Origin: an uncultured Gammaproteobacteria bacterium
Lineage (GTDB): Bacteria; Pseudomonadota; Gammaproteobacteria; Ga0077536
Reading direction: 5' to 3'
Length of the DNA stretch: 64,000 nt
NCBI GenBank assembly: GCA_942490995.1
Contig: CALOBG010000065.1
Span: 7,005 to 71,004, forward strand
Notes under the pieces: generated by a model
Database searches by the model: none
What the model was told of the DNA's origin: nothing
What the model saw: the letters and a program-made list of their open reading frames with translations, nothing else
Made by a program: the position numbers and the translations under genes
In this document: positions 21,382 through 34,275 of the stretch, piece after piece
Position numbering within the stretch: the first letter of the stretch is position 1
Layout: the number at the start of each line of letters is the position of its first letter

Positions 21382-21735
21382 ATGCGCACCCGCGGCGCGG
21401 CATACGAAGCACAGGCCGCAGCGTGGCTCGCGGCGCGCGGTCTGGAATTGCTGTCGAGCAACTATAGCTGCCGCGGTGGCGAAATTGACCTGGTAATGCG
21501 CGATGACCAGACCCTGGTTTTTGTCGAGGTGCGTTATCGGCGCGACGATCGGTATGGCGGAGCGGCGGCGAGCGTCGATGCACGCAAGCAGGCGCGCATT
21601 ATTCGCGCCGCGCGACATTTCCTCATGCGCCACAGTCGCTACGCCGATGCCGCCTGTCGCTTCGACGTGGTCGCCATGAGCGGCGACGCGCAAAGCCCTC
21701 GGGTCGACTGGATTGCAGGTGCGTTTTCTGCATAA
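21382..21735 (+). CDS. yraN: YraN (UPF0102) nuclease-fold protein
   Basis: GEIDLVM..LVFVEVRYR, RFDVV; follows lpoA as in the conserved cluster. Confidence 0.93.
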   Translation: MRTRGAAYEAQAAAWLAARGLELLSSNYSCRGGEIDLVMRDDQTLVFVEVRYRRDDRYGGAAASVDARKQARIIRAARHFLMRHSRYADAACRFDVVAMSGDAQSPRVDWIAGAFSA

Positions 21736-22377
<642 letters not shown>

Positions 22378-22378
22378 G

Positions 22379-22972
22379 TTGAGCACACCGAATCGACTAC
22401 TGCTGATCATCGCCTGCTGGATCGTCGCTGCCACGGGGCTGGTTTCGCTGGCCGGGTGCGCGGGTATTTTTCTTGGCGGAGCAGCAACCAGCGCCGCGGT
22501 CGTCAATGATCCACGCACCACCGGATCAGTAGTTGAGGATCAGTCGATCGAGGTCAAGGCGCTTGCGGTATTGCGCGATGACAAGGAAATCAAGGAGCAG
22601 ACCCACTACAGCGTCACCAGCTATAACCAGGTCGTGCTGCTCACCGGGCAGGCGCCGTCCGAAGCGCTGCGCAGACGTATCGCCGAGAAAGTCGCGACCG
22701 TCGAGAAGGTCCGGCACATCCACAATGAAATCACCCTGGCGGCGCCCAGTTCCATGATCGCCCGCACCAACGACACGGTACTCACGACCAAGGTTAAGAC
22801 CCGCCTGTTCGGTAACGACAAACTCGATGCAACGCGGATCAAGGTCGTCAGTGAAGACGGCACGGTTTTTCTGCTCGGCATCGTGAGTCAGGCCGACGGT
22901 GATCTGGCCGCGGATATCGCCAGTACTACCGGCGGCGTGCAAAAAGTCGTGAAGCTGTTCGAATACCGCTGA
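22379..22972 (+). CDS. dolP: Dual-BON-domain outer membrane lipoprotein (YraP/DolP-like)
   Basis: Lipobox LAGC, two BON repeats (VLLTGQAP, VFLLGIV); TTG at 22379 with AGGAG RBS. Confidence 0.85.
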   Translation: MSTPNRLLLIIACWIVAATGLVSLAGCAGIFLGGAATSAAVVNDPRTTGSVVEDQSIEVKALAVLRDDKEIKEQTHYSVTSYNQVVLLTGQAPSEALRRRIAEKVATVEKVRHIHNEITLAAPSSMIARTNDTVLTTKVKTRLFGNDKLDATRIKVVSEDGTVFLLGIVSQADGDLAADIASTTGGVQKVVKLFEYR

Positions 22973-22983
22973 GCGCGGCTGCC

Positions 22984-23400
22984 TTACTTGACGATAGTGA
23001 GATGCGGCGGGCGCTGGCCGCGTTCCTGGCCCGGCCCGGGCGCGTCACCGCGCGCTTCAGCACTGCCGTCGGCGTTCGGCTGCTTCGGCTCTTCGCCGTC
23101 CGCAAGGAAAATGCCCTGCCCGTTTTCGCGGGCGTAGATAGCCTGGACCGAACCGATCGGAACCACGATGTCGTGGGGGGTGCCTGAGAAACGCGCACTG
23201 AAGCTGACGAATTCGTTGCCCAGTTCCAGGTCGCGGACCGCACCGGGCGAGGTATTGAGCACAATCACGCCGTTCTCAACAAATTTCGCCGGCACCCGCA
23301 CCCGCTCATCGCTGACCTCCACAAGCAGATGTGGGGTCATATTGTTATCGACGATCCAGTCGTAGATCGCGCGCAGCAGATAGGGACGGGTTGAGGTCAT
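22984..23400 (-). CDS. sspB: ClpXP adaptor SspB
   Basis: MTSTRPYLLRAIYDWI, FSARFSG, YARENGQG, C-terminal XB motif PHLTIVK. Confidence 0.96.
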   Translation of the reverse strand: MTSTRPYLLRAIYDWIVDNNMTPHLLVEVSDERVRVPAKFVENGVIVLNTSPGAVRDLELGNEFVSFSARFSGTPHDIVVPIGSVQAIYARENGQGIFLADGEEPKQPNADGSAEARGDAPGPGQERGQRPPHLTIVK

Positions 23401-23434
23401 TTCGGCGCGCGGCACGACTATATCGGCAGTGCGC

Positions 23435-24058
23435 TCAGCGGATTTCCTGCTCGACCGGCGACAGGCTGTTCTGAAACGCGCGGCGGTCAAAAAGCTTGTC
23501 GCCGTATTTCAGCAGCGGTTTAGCCGGCCCACCAAGTTTCAGGCCGTACAGCGGCAGGCGCCACAACAACGGCGCCATGCACAGGTCGACCAGGGAAAAC
23601 TCTTCGGACATGAAGAACGGGAACTGACCGAACACCGGTGAAATCGCCAGCAGGTTGTCGCGCAGCGATTTTCTTGCGTTGGCCGCGGCTATTTCGTTGC
23701 TGCCGTCGATCTCCGCGGCGAGCGTATACAGGTCGCGCACGATGCGATAGCGGAACTGGCGATTGTTTGCCCGCGACACCGGATCGACCGGCATCAGTGG
23801 CGGATGGGGATACCGTTCGTCCAGATACTCCATCATGATCTGGGCATCGTAAAGCACCAGGTCGCGATCGATCAGCGTCAGCAGGTTGTCATAGGGATTC
23901 AGATCGTTGAGATCTTCGGGCTTGGTTTCTTCGTCGATAAAATTGATCTCGACGTTGATGTCCTTCTCCATCAGGACGAGCCGTACACTGTGCCCCAGCG
24001 GATCGGCTGCATCGGCGTATAAAGTCATAACCGAGCGCCGATTTGCTAGAGCTGTCAT
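23435..24058 (-). CDS. sspA: Stringent starvation protein A (GST fold)
   Basis: LNPY, YLDERYPHPPLMPVDPV, LAPLLWRLP-like; follows petC. Confidence 0.95.
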   Translation of the reverse strand: MTALANRRSVMTLYADAADPLGHSVRLVLMEKDINVEINFIDEETKPEDLNDLNPYDNLLTLIDRDLVLYDAQIMMEYLDERYPHPPLMPVDPVSRANNRQFRYRIVRDLYTLAAEIDGSNEIAAANARKSLRDNLLAISPVFGQFPFFMSEEFSLVDLCMAPLLWRLPLYGLKLGGPAKPLLKYGDKLFDRRAFQNSLSPVEQEIR

Positions 24059-24059
24059 A

Positions 24060-24800
24060 TCAATGAACATCCTTCCAGTATTCCCGTTTCATCAGGTAGG
24101 TAGCCACCAGCAGTACACTCAGAAACACGATGACCCAGAAACCGATCCGGTAGCGCACGAGTTTTGCCGGCTCGCCGACATAAACCAGGAACGCAACCAG
24201 GTCGCGGGTCGCCTGCTGGTACTCGCCAGCGCTCATGGTGCCGGCGGACACCGCTTTCAGGGTCGGGCCATGAGCGCCGTGCCCGTCGCCCTCTCCGGCT
24301 GTCGCAGGCTCGAGCTTCTGCGCCCCCTGCAGTTCCCACAGCACGTGCGGCATCGAGGTCGCCGGAAAATACAGGTTGTTGACCCCGGTCGGCCGTGTGT
24401 CGTCGAGATAAAACCCGTTTAGAAACGAAAACAGGTAGTCGGCGCCCTTGGCCCGCGCGATCACCGAGAGGTCCGGCGGCGGCGCGCCCAGCCACTTCGT
24501 CGCATCGTCGGCGCGCATGGCGACGGTCATGGTGTCGCCGATTTTGTCGGAGGCAAACATCATGTTTTCTTTGACCGCGGCTTCTTCCAGATCGAGGTCT
24601 TCGGCCATACGGTTGTAGCGCATGTATTGGGCCGAATGACAGCTCAGGCAGTAATTGACGAACAGGCGCGCGCCGCGCTGCATCGACACCTTGTTGCTGA
24701 GATTGACGTTGGCCTCCATTCGCGGCGGGCCCTCGCCACCGGCGGCGTATCCGCAGCTCGACGCTGCCCACATCACAATAATCGCCAGGATAGTTTTCAT
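24060..24800 (-). CDS. petC: Cytochrome c1
   Basis: Signal peptide, CLSCH heme motif, PPDLS, MPHVL, C-terminal TM and KREYWKDVH. Confidence 0.96.
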   Translation of the reverse strand: MKTILAIIVMWAASSCGYAAGGEGPPRMEANVNLSNKVSMQRGARLFVNYCLSCHSAQYMRYNRMAEDLDLEEAAVKENMMFASDKIGDTMTVAMRADDATKWLGAPPPDLSVIARAKGADYLFSFLNGFYLDDTRPTGVNNLYFPATSMPHVLWELQGAQKLEPATAGEGDGHGAHGPTLKAVSAGTMSAGEYQQATRDLVAFLVYVGEPAKLVRYRIGFWVIVFLSVLLVATYLMKREYWKDVH

Positions 24801-26053
24801 TAGCCGGTCACCCTGTCCGGGACGGGTTTGGTGGTGTCCCATTTCGTATAAAACGGCATCAGTATGAAGAACGCGAAGTAGATGACCGTACAAATCTGCG
24901 CGACCAGGGTACGCGCCGGGGTGGGCGGCAGAATGCCGAGGTAGCCCAGGATCAGGAAAGCGATCACGAACAGGGTCAGGGCGCCTTTATAGATTTTGCC
25001 CCGATAGCGGATCGATTTGACCGGGCTGCGGTCCAGCCACGGCAGGGCGAACAGGATCATGGTACCGAGGCCCATAAATATCACGCCCCAGAGTTTCGCC
25101 TCGATCCAGAAAAAATTGACCGTGTTCGCGCGCAGGATCGAATAGAACGGCGTGAAGTACCACACCGGCGCGATATGTTCCGGTGTGGCCAGCGGATCGG
25201 CCGGGATGAAGTTATTGTGCTCGAGGAAATAACCGCCGAATTCCGGCGCGAAGAAGACTACCGCCGAAAACAGGATCAGAAACACAACCACGCCGACCGA
25301 GTCCTTGACCGTGTAGTAAGGATGGAAAGGAATGCCGTCGAGCGGCTTGCCGTCGGGGCCTTTTTTGGCCTTGATTTCAACACCGTCGGGGTTGTTCGAG
25401 CCAACTTCATGCAGCGCGATGATGTGCAGGCCGACCAGCCCCGCGATTGCAAACGGCAGCGCGATAACGTGGAACGAAAAGAATCGGTTCAGGGTGATGT
25501 CCGACACCACGTAATCGCCGCGGATCCACAGCGACAGCGTCTCGCCGACAAACGGGATCGCGCCGAACAGTGAAATGATCACCTGCGCACCCCAGTACGA
25601 CATCTGTCCCCACGGCAGCAGGTAACCGAAAAACGCCTCGGCCATCAGCGACAGGTAGATGAACATGCCGAGGATCCAGATCAGTTCGCGCGGCTTCTTG
25701 TACGAGCCGTACAACATCGCGCGGAACATATGCAGGTAAACGACGATAAAAAAGAACGAGGCGCCGGTCGAATGCATGTACCGGATCAACCAGCCCCATT
25801 CGACATCGCGCATGATGTATTCGACCGAGCCGAAAGCGAATGCCGCATCGGGCTTGTAGCTCATTACCAGCCAGATGCCGGTCAGGATCTGGATCGCCAG
25901 TACCACCATCGACAGGACGCCGAAGTAGTACCAGAAATTAAAGTTCTTGGGCGCGTAGTACTGGCCCATGTGCTCGTTCCACATCTTCATCAGCGGGAAC
26001 CGATCATCGACCCAGTCGCGCAGCCCAACGAGTCCTTTGACTATCGTGTTCAT
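24800..26053 (-). CDS. petB: Cytochrome b of the bc1 complex
   Basis: GWLIRYMH, LPWGQMSYWGA, RFFSFH; PVWY at the PEWY (Qo) position. Confidence 0.98.
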   Translation of the reverse strand: MNTIVKGLVGLRDWVDDRFPLMKMWNEHMGQYYAPKNFNFWYYFGVLSMVVLAIQILTGIWLVMSYKPDAAFAFGSVEYIMRDVEWGWLIRYMHSTGASFFFIVVYLHMFRAMLYGSYKKPRELIWILGMFIYLSLMAEAFFGYLLPWGQMSYWGAQVIISLFGAIPFVGETLSLWIRGDYVVSDITLNRFFSFHVIALPFAIAGLVGLHIIALHEVGSNNPDGVEIKAKKGPDGKPLDGIPFHPYYTVKDSVGVVVFLILFSAVVFFAPEFGGYFLEHNNFIPADPLATPEHIAPVWYFTPFYSILRANTVNFFWIEAKLWGVIFMGLGTMILFALPWLDRSPVKSIRYRGKIYKGALTLFVIAFLILGYLGILPPTPARTLVAQICTVIYFAFFILMPFYTKWDTTKPVPDRVTG

Positions 26054-26646
26054 GCTGCGTCTCCGTCGGTCTCGCCGATCATGATGTGCTGATCATCGAT
26101 ATAGCGGTACGGTGGAACCTGCATATTCGTCGGCGCCGGAACGTTGGCGAAAACGCGCCCGGAGAGGTCAAACTTGGAGCCATGACAGGGACAATAAAAG
26201 CCGCCCTGCCAGTCGCTGCCAAGGTCTTCGGCACCCGGCACCGGCCGAAACGTCGGCGAACAACCGAGGTGGGTGCAGATACCGACCATGACCAGGTATT
26301 CCGGTTTCGACGAACGCCAGGCGTTCCTGGCGAATTCAGGCTGGTCGGACTTGTTGGATTCCGGATCGCTGAGCATGGCGATATCGGATTCGAGTACTTT
26401 GAGCTGTTCCGGGGTACGACGAACGATCCACACCGGCTTGCCGCGCCACTTGTAGGTGACCCGCTGCCCCGGTTCGAGTTGGCCGATATCGGCTTCAACC
26501 GGTGCGCCAAATGCTTTCGCGCGCGCACTGGGCTGGAATGTCGCTACAAAAGGAATCGACGCCAGACCGGCGCCGATGCCACCGATTACGGTCGCGGTTC
26601 CGGTGAGAAAGCGACGTCGATCCTGATCGACAGCAGACTCGCTCAT
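26050..26646 (-). CDS. petA: Rieske iron-sulfur protein
   Basis: Tat motif RRRFL, CTHLGC and CPCHGS boxes; ATG at 26646. Confidence 0.98.
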   Translation of the reverse strand: MSESAVDQDRRRFLTGTATVIGGIGAGLASIPFVATFQPSARAKAFGAPVEADIGQLEPGQRVTYKWRGKPVWIVRRTPEQLKVLESDIAMLSDPESNKSDQPEFARNAWRSSKPEYLVMVGICTHLGCSPTFRPVPGAEDLGSDWQGGFYCPCHGSKFDLSGRVFANVPAPTNMQVPPYRYIDDQHIMIGETDGDAA

Positions 26647-26924
26647 GCTCTCATTTCTCCCAAGCTTATGTTTCTTGCTTTCGCTACTTGTCGCGCGCAC
26701 GATAGTCACCGCACCACGGCGAACTGGTGCGGCATATCACCCGTGAGCGATACCACCCTCAAGACCTGCCCCGGTGCTCCCCAATGCAACGCGCCCGCTC
26801 GGCGGATTGCTCGTGGCAAGATGTCCAGTTATCAGGATGTTGCGCCGGATTATATCACCAAAAAGCGACTCGCTACGCTGGCCCTCGCGGCCTCGAGCGT
26901 GCAACCGACCCCGCTGCCGAGACC

Positions 26925-28025
26925 ATGAATACGACCTTTTTTATTCTGCGCTGGGCGTTCGCGGGCTTGCTTTGCGCGGCCCTGGTGCTGGCGCTGTGGG
27001 GGCGTTTTGCGGATACCGGTTCGGGCCTGCCATGGGGCGCGCTCGTGGTTGTGCCGCGGGCCGGCTATGCCGCTGCGGTCGAGCGTGCCGCGCCCGCGGT
27101 GGTCAGTATTCATGCCTCGACGCAACCGCAGGCGGCCGCCAACCCGCTTACCGATGACCCGCTGTTCCAGCACTTTTTCGGCACCGGCAGCGACGGCGAG
27201 GTGACTCGACAATCGGCCAGTCTTGGCAGCGGCGTGATCCTCGACGCCTCGGGCGTGGTGCTGACGAACTACCACGTCATCCGCGGCAGCGACGCGATCC
27301 GGGTTGCCCTTGCCGACGGGCGCACCGTCGCCGGGCAGATCGTCGGCACCGATCCCGACACCGATCTCGCGGTGCTTAAAATCGCGCTCGATCGACTGCC
27401 CAGCATCGCGCTCGGTGACTCGAATCGATTACGGGTAGGCGACGTGGTGCTGGCCATGGGCAACGCGCTCGGCATCGGCCAGACCGTGACCCAGGGCATT
27501 GTCAGCGCCACCGGTCGCAACCGGGTCGGCATCAATACCTTCGAAAATTTTATCCAGACCGATGCCGCGATCAATTTCGGCAACTCGGGCGGCGCGCTGG
27601 TCAATTCGCGCGGCGAACTGATCGGGATCAACTCGGCACGCCTCGAATCGGAGGGCATCGGCTTCGCGATCCCGACCAGCATCGCACTCAGGATCGCGCG
27701 CCAGATCCTCGACTCCGGGAGCGTCGAACGTGGCTGGCTCGGTATCGATGCGCGTGATCTGGACGACAACCTCAAACGCACGCTCGGTCTCGAGCGTGGC
27801 ATCGTCGTGCTCGGCATCCTCAATCACGGACCGGCCGCGCAGGCCGGCGTCCGACCCGGTGATGTGCTGACCGATATCGGCGGGCTGCCGATGTTCGACT
27901 CCCACTCCGCCATCGAACGCATCGCGGCTTACAAACCCGGCTCGCGCATCACCCTCGCCGGCATTCGCGACGGGGCGCCGTTTTCGACCATGGTCACGGT
28001 GTCGAGAAGGCCGCCGCGCGAATAA
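26925..28025 (+). CDS. degS: HtrA-family serine protease, DegS/AlgW type (single PDZ)
   Basis: N-terminal TM, TNYHV, DTDLAV, GNSGG triad, one PDZ (RGWLGI); ATG at 26925. Confidence 0.85.
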   Translation: MNTTFFILRWAFAGLLCAALVLALWGRFADTGSGLPWGALVVVPRAGYAAAVERAAPAVVSIHASTQPQAAANPLTDDPLFQHFFGTGSDGEVTRQSASLGSGVILDASGVVLTNYHVIRGSDAIRVALADGRTVAGQIVGTDPDTDLAVLKIALDRLPSIALGDSNRLRVGDVVLAMGNALGIGQTVTQGIVSATGRNRVGINTFENFIQTDAAINFGNSGGALVNSRGELIGINSARLESEGIGFAIPTSIALRIARQILDSGSVERGWLGIDARDLDDNLKRTLGLERGIVVLGILNHGPAAQAGVRPGDVLTDIGGLPMFDSHSAIERIAAYKPGSRITLAGIRDGAPFSTMVTVSRRPPRE

Positions 28026-28054
28026 AGGAACCTTCGAGCAAGTCGTCGCCGCGC

Positions 28055-29354
28055 TCAGTCGGCGATGCGGTAGGCCGCCGAGCGCGCGTGCGCGGACAGC
28101 CCCTCGCTTTCGGCCAGCAGCCGCGCAACGCGGCCCAGTGTGTCCGCGCCGGCGGCGGAACATTCGATAATCGAGGACCGTTTCTGAAAGTCGTAGACAC
28201 CGAGCGGACTCGAGAAGCGCGAGGTCCCCGCAGTCGGCAGCACGTGGTTGGGCCCGGCACAATAATCGCCGACCGCCTCGGCGGTATAGCGGCCGAGGAA
28301 TATAGCGCCGGCGTGGCGGATTTTTGCCAGCCAGCGGCGCGGCTCGGCAACCGATAATTCGAGATGTTCGGGCGCGATGCGGTTGGCCAGATCGATTGCT
28401 GCCGCCAGCGACTCGACCGCGATCAATGCGCCGCGCGCGGCCAGGGCCTGGCGAATGATGGTCGCCCGCGGCAGGTCCGGCAGCAGGCGTGCGATGCTGG
28501 CCTCGACCCGGTCGAGAAACGCCGCATCGGGACAGATCAGGATGGCCTGGGCCTGCTCGTCGTGCTCGGCCTGCGAAAACAGATCCATCGCGATCCAGTC
28601 GGGCTCGGTCTGGCCATCACAGATCACCAGGATCTCGGACGGTCCGGCGATCATGTCGATGCCAACCTTGCCGAACACCAGGGATTTTGCCGTCGCCACG
28701 TAGATATTGCCGGGGCCGACGATCTTGTCCACCGCGGGCACGGTCGCGGTGCCGTAAGCAAGCGCCGCCACGGCCTGCGCGCCGCCGATGGTGAACACGC
28801 GATCGACCCCGGCGATAGCGGCCGCGGCCAGCACCACGTCCTGTAATTCTCCGTCCGGCGCCGGCACCACCATGATCACTTCACCAACCCCGGCGACCTT
28901 GGCCGGAATGGCGTTCATCAATACCGACGAGGGATAAGCAGCCTTGCCGCCGGGCACGTAAATGCCTACGCGATCGAGGGGCGTGATGTGCTGTCCGAGC
29001 ACGGTGCCGTCGGCCTCGCGATAATCCCACGATTCGGCCTTCTGCTTTTCGTGATACGCGCGCACCCGCGCCGCGGCGCTTTGCAGCGCCTCGCGCAGCG
29101 CACCGTCGATGCGCTCGAGGGCCGCGGAGAAGTCAGCGTACTTCCAGGTCCGTCGCGCTGTCGAGCGCGCGACGGTCGAAGCGATTGGTCAATTCCAGCA
29201 GTGCCACATCGCCGTCCCGCCTGATCGCGGCGATGATGTCCTGCACCGTCGCCACGATCGCGGGCTGCTCGTCCTCGTCCCAGGCCAACAGGCGAGCCAG
29301 GGCCTGATCGAAATCTGCGGCGCCGGCGTCGAGACGTTTGATCAGCTCAGGCAT
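28055..29354 (-). pseudogene. hisD: Histidinol dehydrogenase, split by one frameshift near 29135 (true lesion or assembly error)
   Basis: N-terminal 73 aa ([10 protein letters not shown]...LEVR, TGA at 29133-29135); the rest continues in another frame ([10 protein letters not shown]...GIYVPGG, GPGN, AEHD, APEHLE, NHVLPT); span of 1300 nt is not divisible by 3. Confidence 0.9.
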
Positions 29355-30009
29355 TACTCTGCGCAACCGCTGCGCGGAGATTCGCGATGAGTTCGCTTAC
29401 CCGCGCGTGTTTGGTTTTCATCGCCGCCTTGTTCACGATCAGGCGTGAGGAGATCTCGCAGATGGTTTCAAGCGCGACCAGGCCATTGGCCTTGAGGGTA
29501 TTACCGGTATCGACCAGGTCGACGATGCGGTCCGCCAGCCCGACCAGCGGCGCGAGTTCCATCGAACCGTACAGCTTGATGACCTCGGCCTGGATGCCGA
29601 GCCCGGCAAAGTAGTCGCGCGCGGCGCGCGGATACTTGGTCGCGATGCGCGGGCGCTGGGTGGCGTGCTTCGCATTCGGCAGCCCCGCGACCATCAAACG
29701 GCAGCGCGCGATGCGCAGGTCGAGTGGTTCGTAGTAGTCGTGCCCTTCGTACTCCATCAGCACGTCCTTGCCGGCAATGCCGAGATCAGCGGCGCCGTAT
29801 TCGACGTAGGTGGGCACATCGGTGGCCCTGATGATCAGCAGGCTGACCCCTTCACGGCTGGTCCCGAGCACGAGTTTGCGCGACGTTTCGGGATCTTCGA
29901 GCGGCTCGATGCCGACCGCGGCGAGCAACGGTAACGCCTGCTTGAAAATCCTGCCTTTGGATACCGCGATAACGATATCGTCGGCGCGTTTATCGGCCTG
30001 TTTGTTCAT
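29347..30009 (-). CDS. hisG: ATP phosphoribosyltransferase, short form (needs HisZ)
   Basis: [44 protein letters not shown]; 220 aa without the C-terminal ACT domain. Confidence 0.97.
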   Translation of the reverse strand: MNKQADKRADDIVIAVSKGRIFKQALPLLAAVGIEPLEDPETSRKLVLGTSREGVSLLIIRATDVPTYVEYGAADLGIAGKDVLMEYEGHDYYEPLDLRIARCRLMVAGLPNAKHATQRPRIATKYPRAARDYFAGLGIQAEVIKLYGSMELAPLVGLADRIVDLVDTGNTLKANGLVALETICEISSRLIVNKAAMKTKHARVSELIANLRAAVAQSNA

Positions 30010-30099
30010 GATGGTTCAGACACAGTCAGTTCGGATCGGCGAATCGCCGGCGGGCCGAAGCGTAACATGCGCCGTACGCCTTCCGCCTGCACGAGCTGG

Positions 30100-31625
<1,526 letters not shown>

Positions 31626-31730
31626 GATGGCGCCGGCCTGCGGATGGGTGGTGAAGTTGATCGGGTCTATGGTGACCGAACACGCGATGCAGCGGCGGCG
31701 CGTGTTCGGCGTGCGAGTACGGCGTCGCGG

Positions 31731-32339
31731 TCAGTTTCCGTACTGCTTGTTTTTGCTGTCCAGCGAAGCAATGAGTCCGGACAGCCCGCCGTCCCGGATC
31801 ATGGAGCCGAACGAGGCGCGGTAGGTTTTGACCAGGCTCACGCCGTCGACCGATACGTCGAAAACCTTCCAGTCGCTGGATTTGTTATGCAGACGGTAAA
31901 CGATCGGGATCGAGTCACTGCCGGGCTGCGAAATTTCCTGCTTGACCAGCGCGGTCTTGGAGCCCGGCTTCTGGTCGATCGGCGGATAGGTAATGCGCTG
32001 ATCGGAGAATTCGAGCAGGGCAGTCGCATAGGTCCTGACCAGCAGTTTGCGAAACTGATCGACGAACGCGCCGCGCGCCGCGTCATCGGCACTGCCCCAG
32101 TGCTCGCCCAGCACCCATTGCGACATGATGTCGAAATCGAAATGCGGGAAAATCAGTTCCGATACCAGGGTGTACATCTTGGCCGGGTCGGCCTGCAGAG
32201 CGGCCTTGTCGTTCTGCACACGCTCGAGGACTTTTTCGGTCGTGGTTTTCACGATCATCCCCGGCTCGTCCATCGCCGCTGCAGCACTGGTACTGCAGGC
32301 AAGCAAAACGGCCATCGAAACTGCAAGAAATCGGCTCAT
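31731..32339 (-). CDS. mlaC: Periplasmic phospholipid-binding protein MlaC/Ttg2D
   Basis: Signal peptide, LLVRTY, WKVFDVSVDGVSLVKTYRASF; ATG 32339 has GAGG RBS (alternative 32354). Confidence 0.9.
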   Translation of the reverse strand: MSRFLAVSMAVLLACSTSAAAAMDEPGMIVKTTTEKVLERVQNDKAALQADPAKMYTLVSELIFPHFDFDIMSQWVLGEHWGSADDAARGAFVDQFRKLLVRTYATALLEFSDQRITYPPIDQKPGSKTALVKQEISQPGSDSIPIVYRLHNKSSDWKVFDVSVDGVSLVKTYRASFGSMIRDGGLSGLIASLDSKNKQYGN

Positions 32340-32554
32340 TCTCGTGTTCCTCATACAACGGGTGCGGGCGGGCCGCGCCTGGACTTGTTAACCATTCGAG
32401 TCAGCGTCGGCGGCTATTCGATCGTACCCGACTCGGGCACGGGCGCGTTGCCTGGGCCCCGGTCGGGTCCCGCGCCGGCCGGCGTAATGTAGCACAACCG
32501 GCGTGCGATCTGCTGCGCTGCGGTACACATACGGGCAGCCGCGGCCGGCCCGCT

Positions 32555-32941
32555 TCAGGCGCGATCGGCGACCAGTTCGACCATGTAGCCATCGGGGTCC
32601 TTGACGAAAGCGATAACCGCCGTGCCGCCCTTCATCGGGCCGGCGTCGCGCACCACGTTACCGCCCCGCGCGCGGACTTCGTCGCAGGCCGCGTACACGT
32701 CATCGACCCCCAGCGCGATATGACCGTAGGCATTGCCGAGCTCATAGCTGTCGGTTTCCCAGTTATGGGTCAGCTCGAGGACCGTATGGTCGGCCTCCTC
32801 GCCATAGCCGACAAACGCGAGCGTGAATTTGCCTTCCGGAAAATCCTTACGGCGCAACAACTGCATACCCAGGACCTGGCAATAGAAATCGAGCGACGCA
32901 TCGAGGTCGGTCACGCGCAGCATGGTGTGCATCATTCTCAT
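32555..32941 (-). CDS. gloA: Lactoylglutathione lyase (glyoxalase I)
   Basis: [26 protein letters not shown]. Confidence 0.97.
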   Translation of the reverse strand: MRMMHTMLRVTDLDASLDFYCQVLGMQLLRRKDFPEGKFTLAFVGYGEEADHTVLELTHNWETDSYELGNAYGHIALGVDDVYAACDEVRARGGNVVRDAGPMKGGTAVIAFVKDPDGYMVELVADRA

Positions 32942-32989
32942 CGTGGAGTACTCCTGTGAGTGGTTCTGTATGGCCGTCGAGGGTGCGGG

Positions 32990-34195
32990 TCAGGCGATTT
33001 TCATGACCACCGCCGCGGCCACGTCGCGGGCCTTGTGGCGCGCCTGGTCGATGCTCGACGCCCGCGCCAGCGCGACCCCCAGGCGCCGTTTGCCGGCGAT
33101 CTGCGGCTTGCCGAACAAACGCACATCGAGCTGTTCACCGGAAATCGCCGCGGCCAGCCCGTGGTAGCTGATCTCGCGCCCCTCGCCGTGCCCGAGCATC
33201 GCGCAGCTCGCCGCCGGCCCGAGCTGTTCGACGGCGCCGAGGCGTACGCCCAGGATCGCGCGCACGTGCAGTGCAAACTCGGACAATGTCTGCGAGATCA
33301 GTGTCACCATGCCAGTGTCGTGAGGGCGCGGCGAAACTTCGCTGAACCACACGTCATCGCCCTTGACAAAAAACTCGACCCCGAACAACCCCCACCCACC
33401 GAGCGCCTCGGTCACGGCCGCGGCGATTTCGCGGGCACGTCGTTCGGCGCCGGCACTCATCGCCTGCGGTTGCCAGGATTCGCGGTAGTCGCCATCGATC
33501 TGGAGGTGGCCGATCGGCGCACAGAATGTCGTGCCGCCGGCGTGACGGACCGTGAGCAGGGTGATCTCGTAATCGAAATCGATCAGGCCTTCGACGATCA
33601 CCCGTTCGCGGCTCGCGCGACCGCCGCTGACCGCATAATCCCACGCCGCCGCCGCATCGCTCGCCGTGCGCACCGTGAGCTGGCCTTTACCGGACGAACT
33701 CATCACCGGCTTGACGATGCACGGCATACCGATCGCCTCGATTGCGGCCCGGCACTCGCTTTCACTGGCGGCAAATCGATAAGCCGAAGTCGGCAGCCCG
33801 AGCTGTTCGGCGGCCAGTCGCCGGATACCTTCGCGGTCCATGGTCAGGCGTGCGGCCTCGGCGGTCGGCACGACCTTGAAACCTTCGTTTTGCAGGTCAA
33901 CCAGCGTATCGGTTGCTATGGCTTCGACTTCGGGCACGATGAAGGCGGGTTTTTCCAGTTCGATAACAGCCCGCAGCCTGGCGCCATCGAGCATGTCGAT
34001 GACATGGGCGCGATGCGCGATCTGCATGGCCGGCGCGTCGGCATAGCGATCGACGGCGATCACCTCGAGCCCGAGGCGCATCGCCTCGAGCGCGACCTCA
34101 CGACCGAGTTCGCCGGCGCCGAGCAGCAGCAGGCGCGTGGCGTTGGAGGCCAGCGGCGTGCCGATCAAAACGGGTTCGGAGTCGGTGTCTGTCAT
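32990..34195 (-). CDS. purT: Formate-dependent phosphoribosylglycinamide formyltransferase
   Basis: [49 protein letters not shown]; ATG at 34195. Confidence 0.97.
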   Translation of the reverse strand: MTDTDSEPVLIGTPLASNATRLLLLGAGELGREVALEAMRLGLEVIAVDRYADAPAMQIAHRAHVIDMLDGARLRAVIELEKPAFIVPEVEAIATDTLVDLQNEGFKVVPTAEAARLTMDREGIRRLAAEQLGLPTSAYRFAASESECRAAIEAIGMPCIVKPVMSSSGKGQLTVRTASDAAAAWDYAVSGGRASRERVIVEGLIDFDYEITLLTVRHAGGTTFCAPIGHLQIDGDYRESWQPQAMSAGAERRAREIAAAVTEALGGWGLFGVEFFVKGDDVWFSEVSPRPHDTGMVTLISQTLSEFALHVRAILGVRLGAVEQLGPAASCAMLGHGEGREISYHGLAAAISGEQLDVRLFGKPQIAGKRRLGVALARASSIDQARHKARDVAAAVVMKIA

Positions 34196-34275
34196 GTCGA
34201 TTCGTGGCGCGTAGAGCGGGAAAACGCGCGTGGTGTCAGGCGCGTGTCGGCGCAGGGCCTTGGCAACGGGCCGCT

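Noticed and set aside
29133-29135. TGA in hisD as a selenocysteine or readthrough codon
   Set aside because: The downstream HisD sequence is in a different frame, so readthrough would not restore it.
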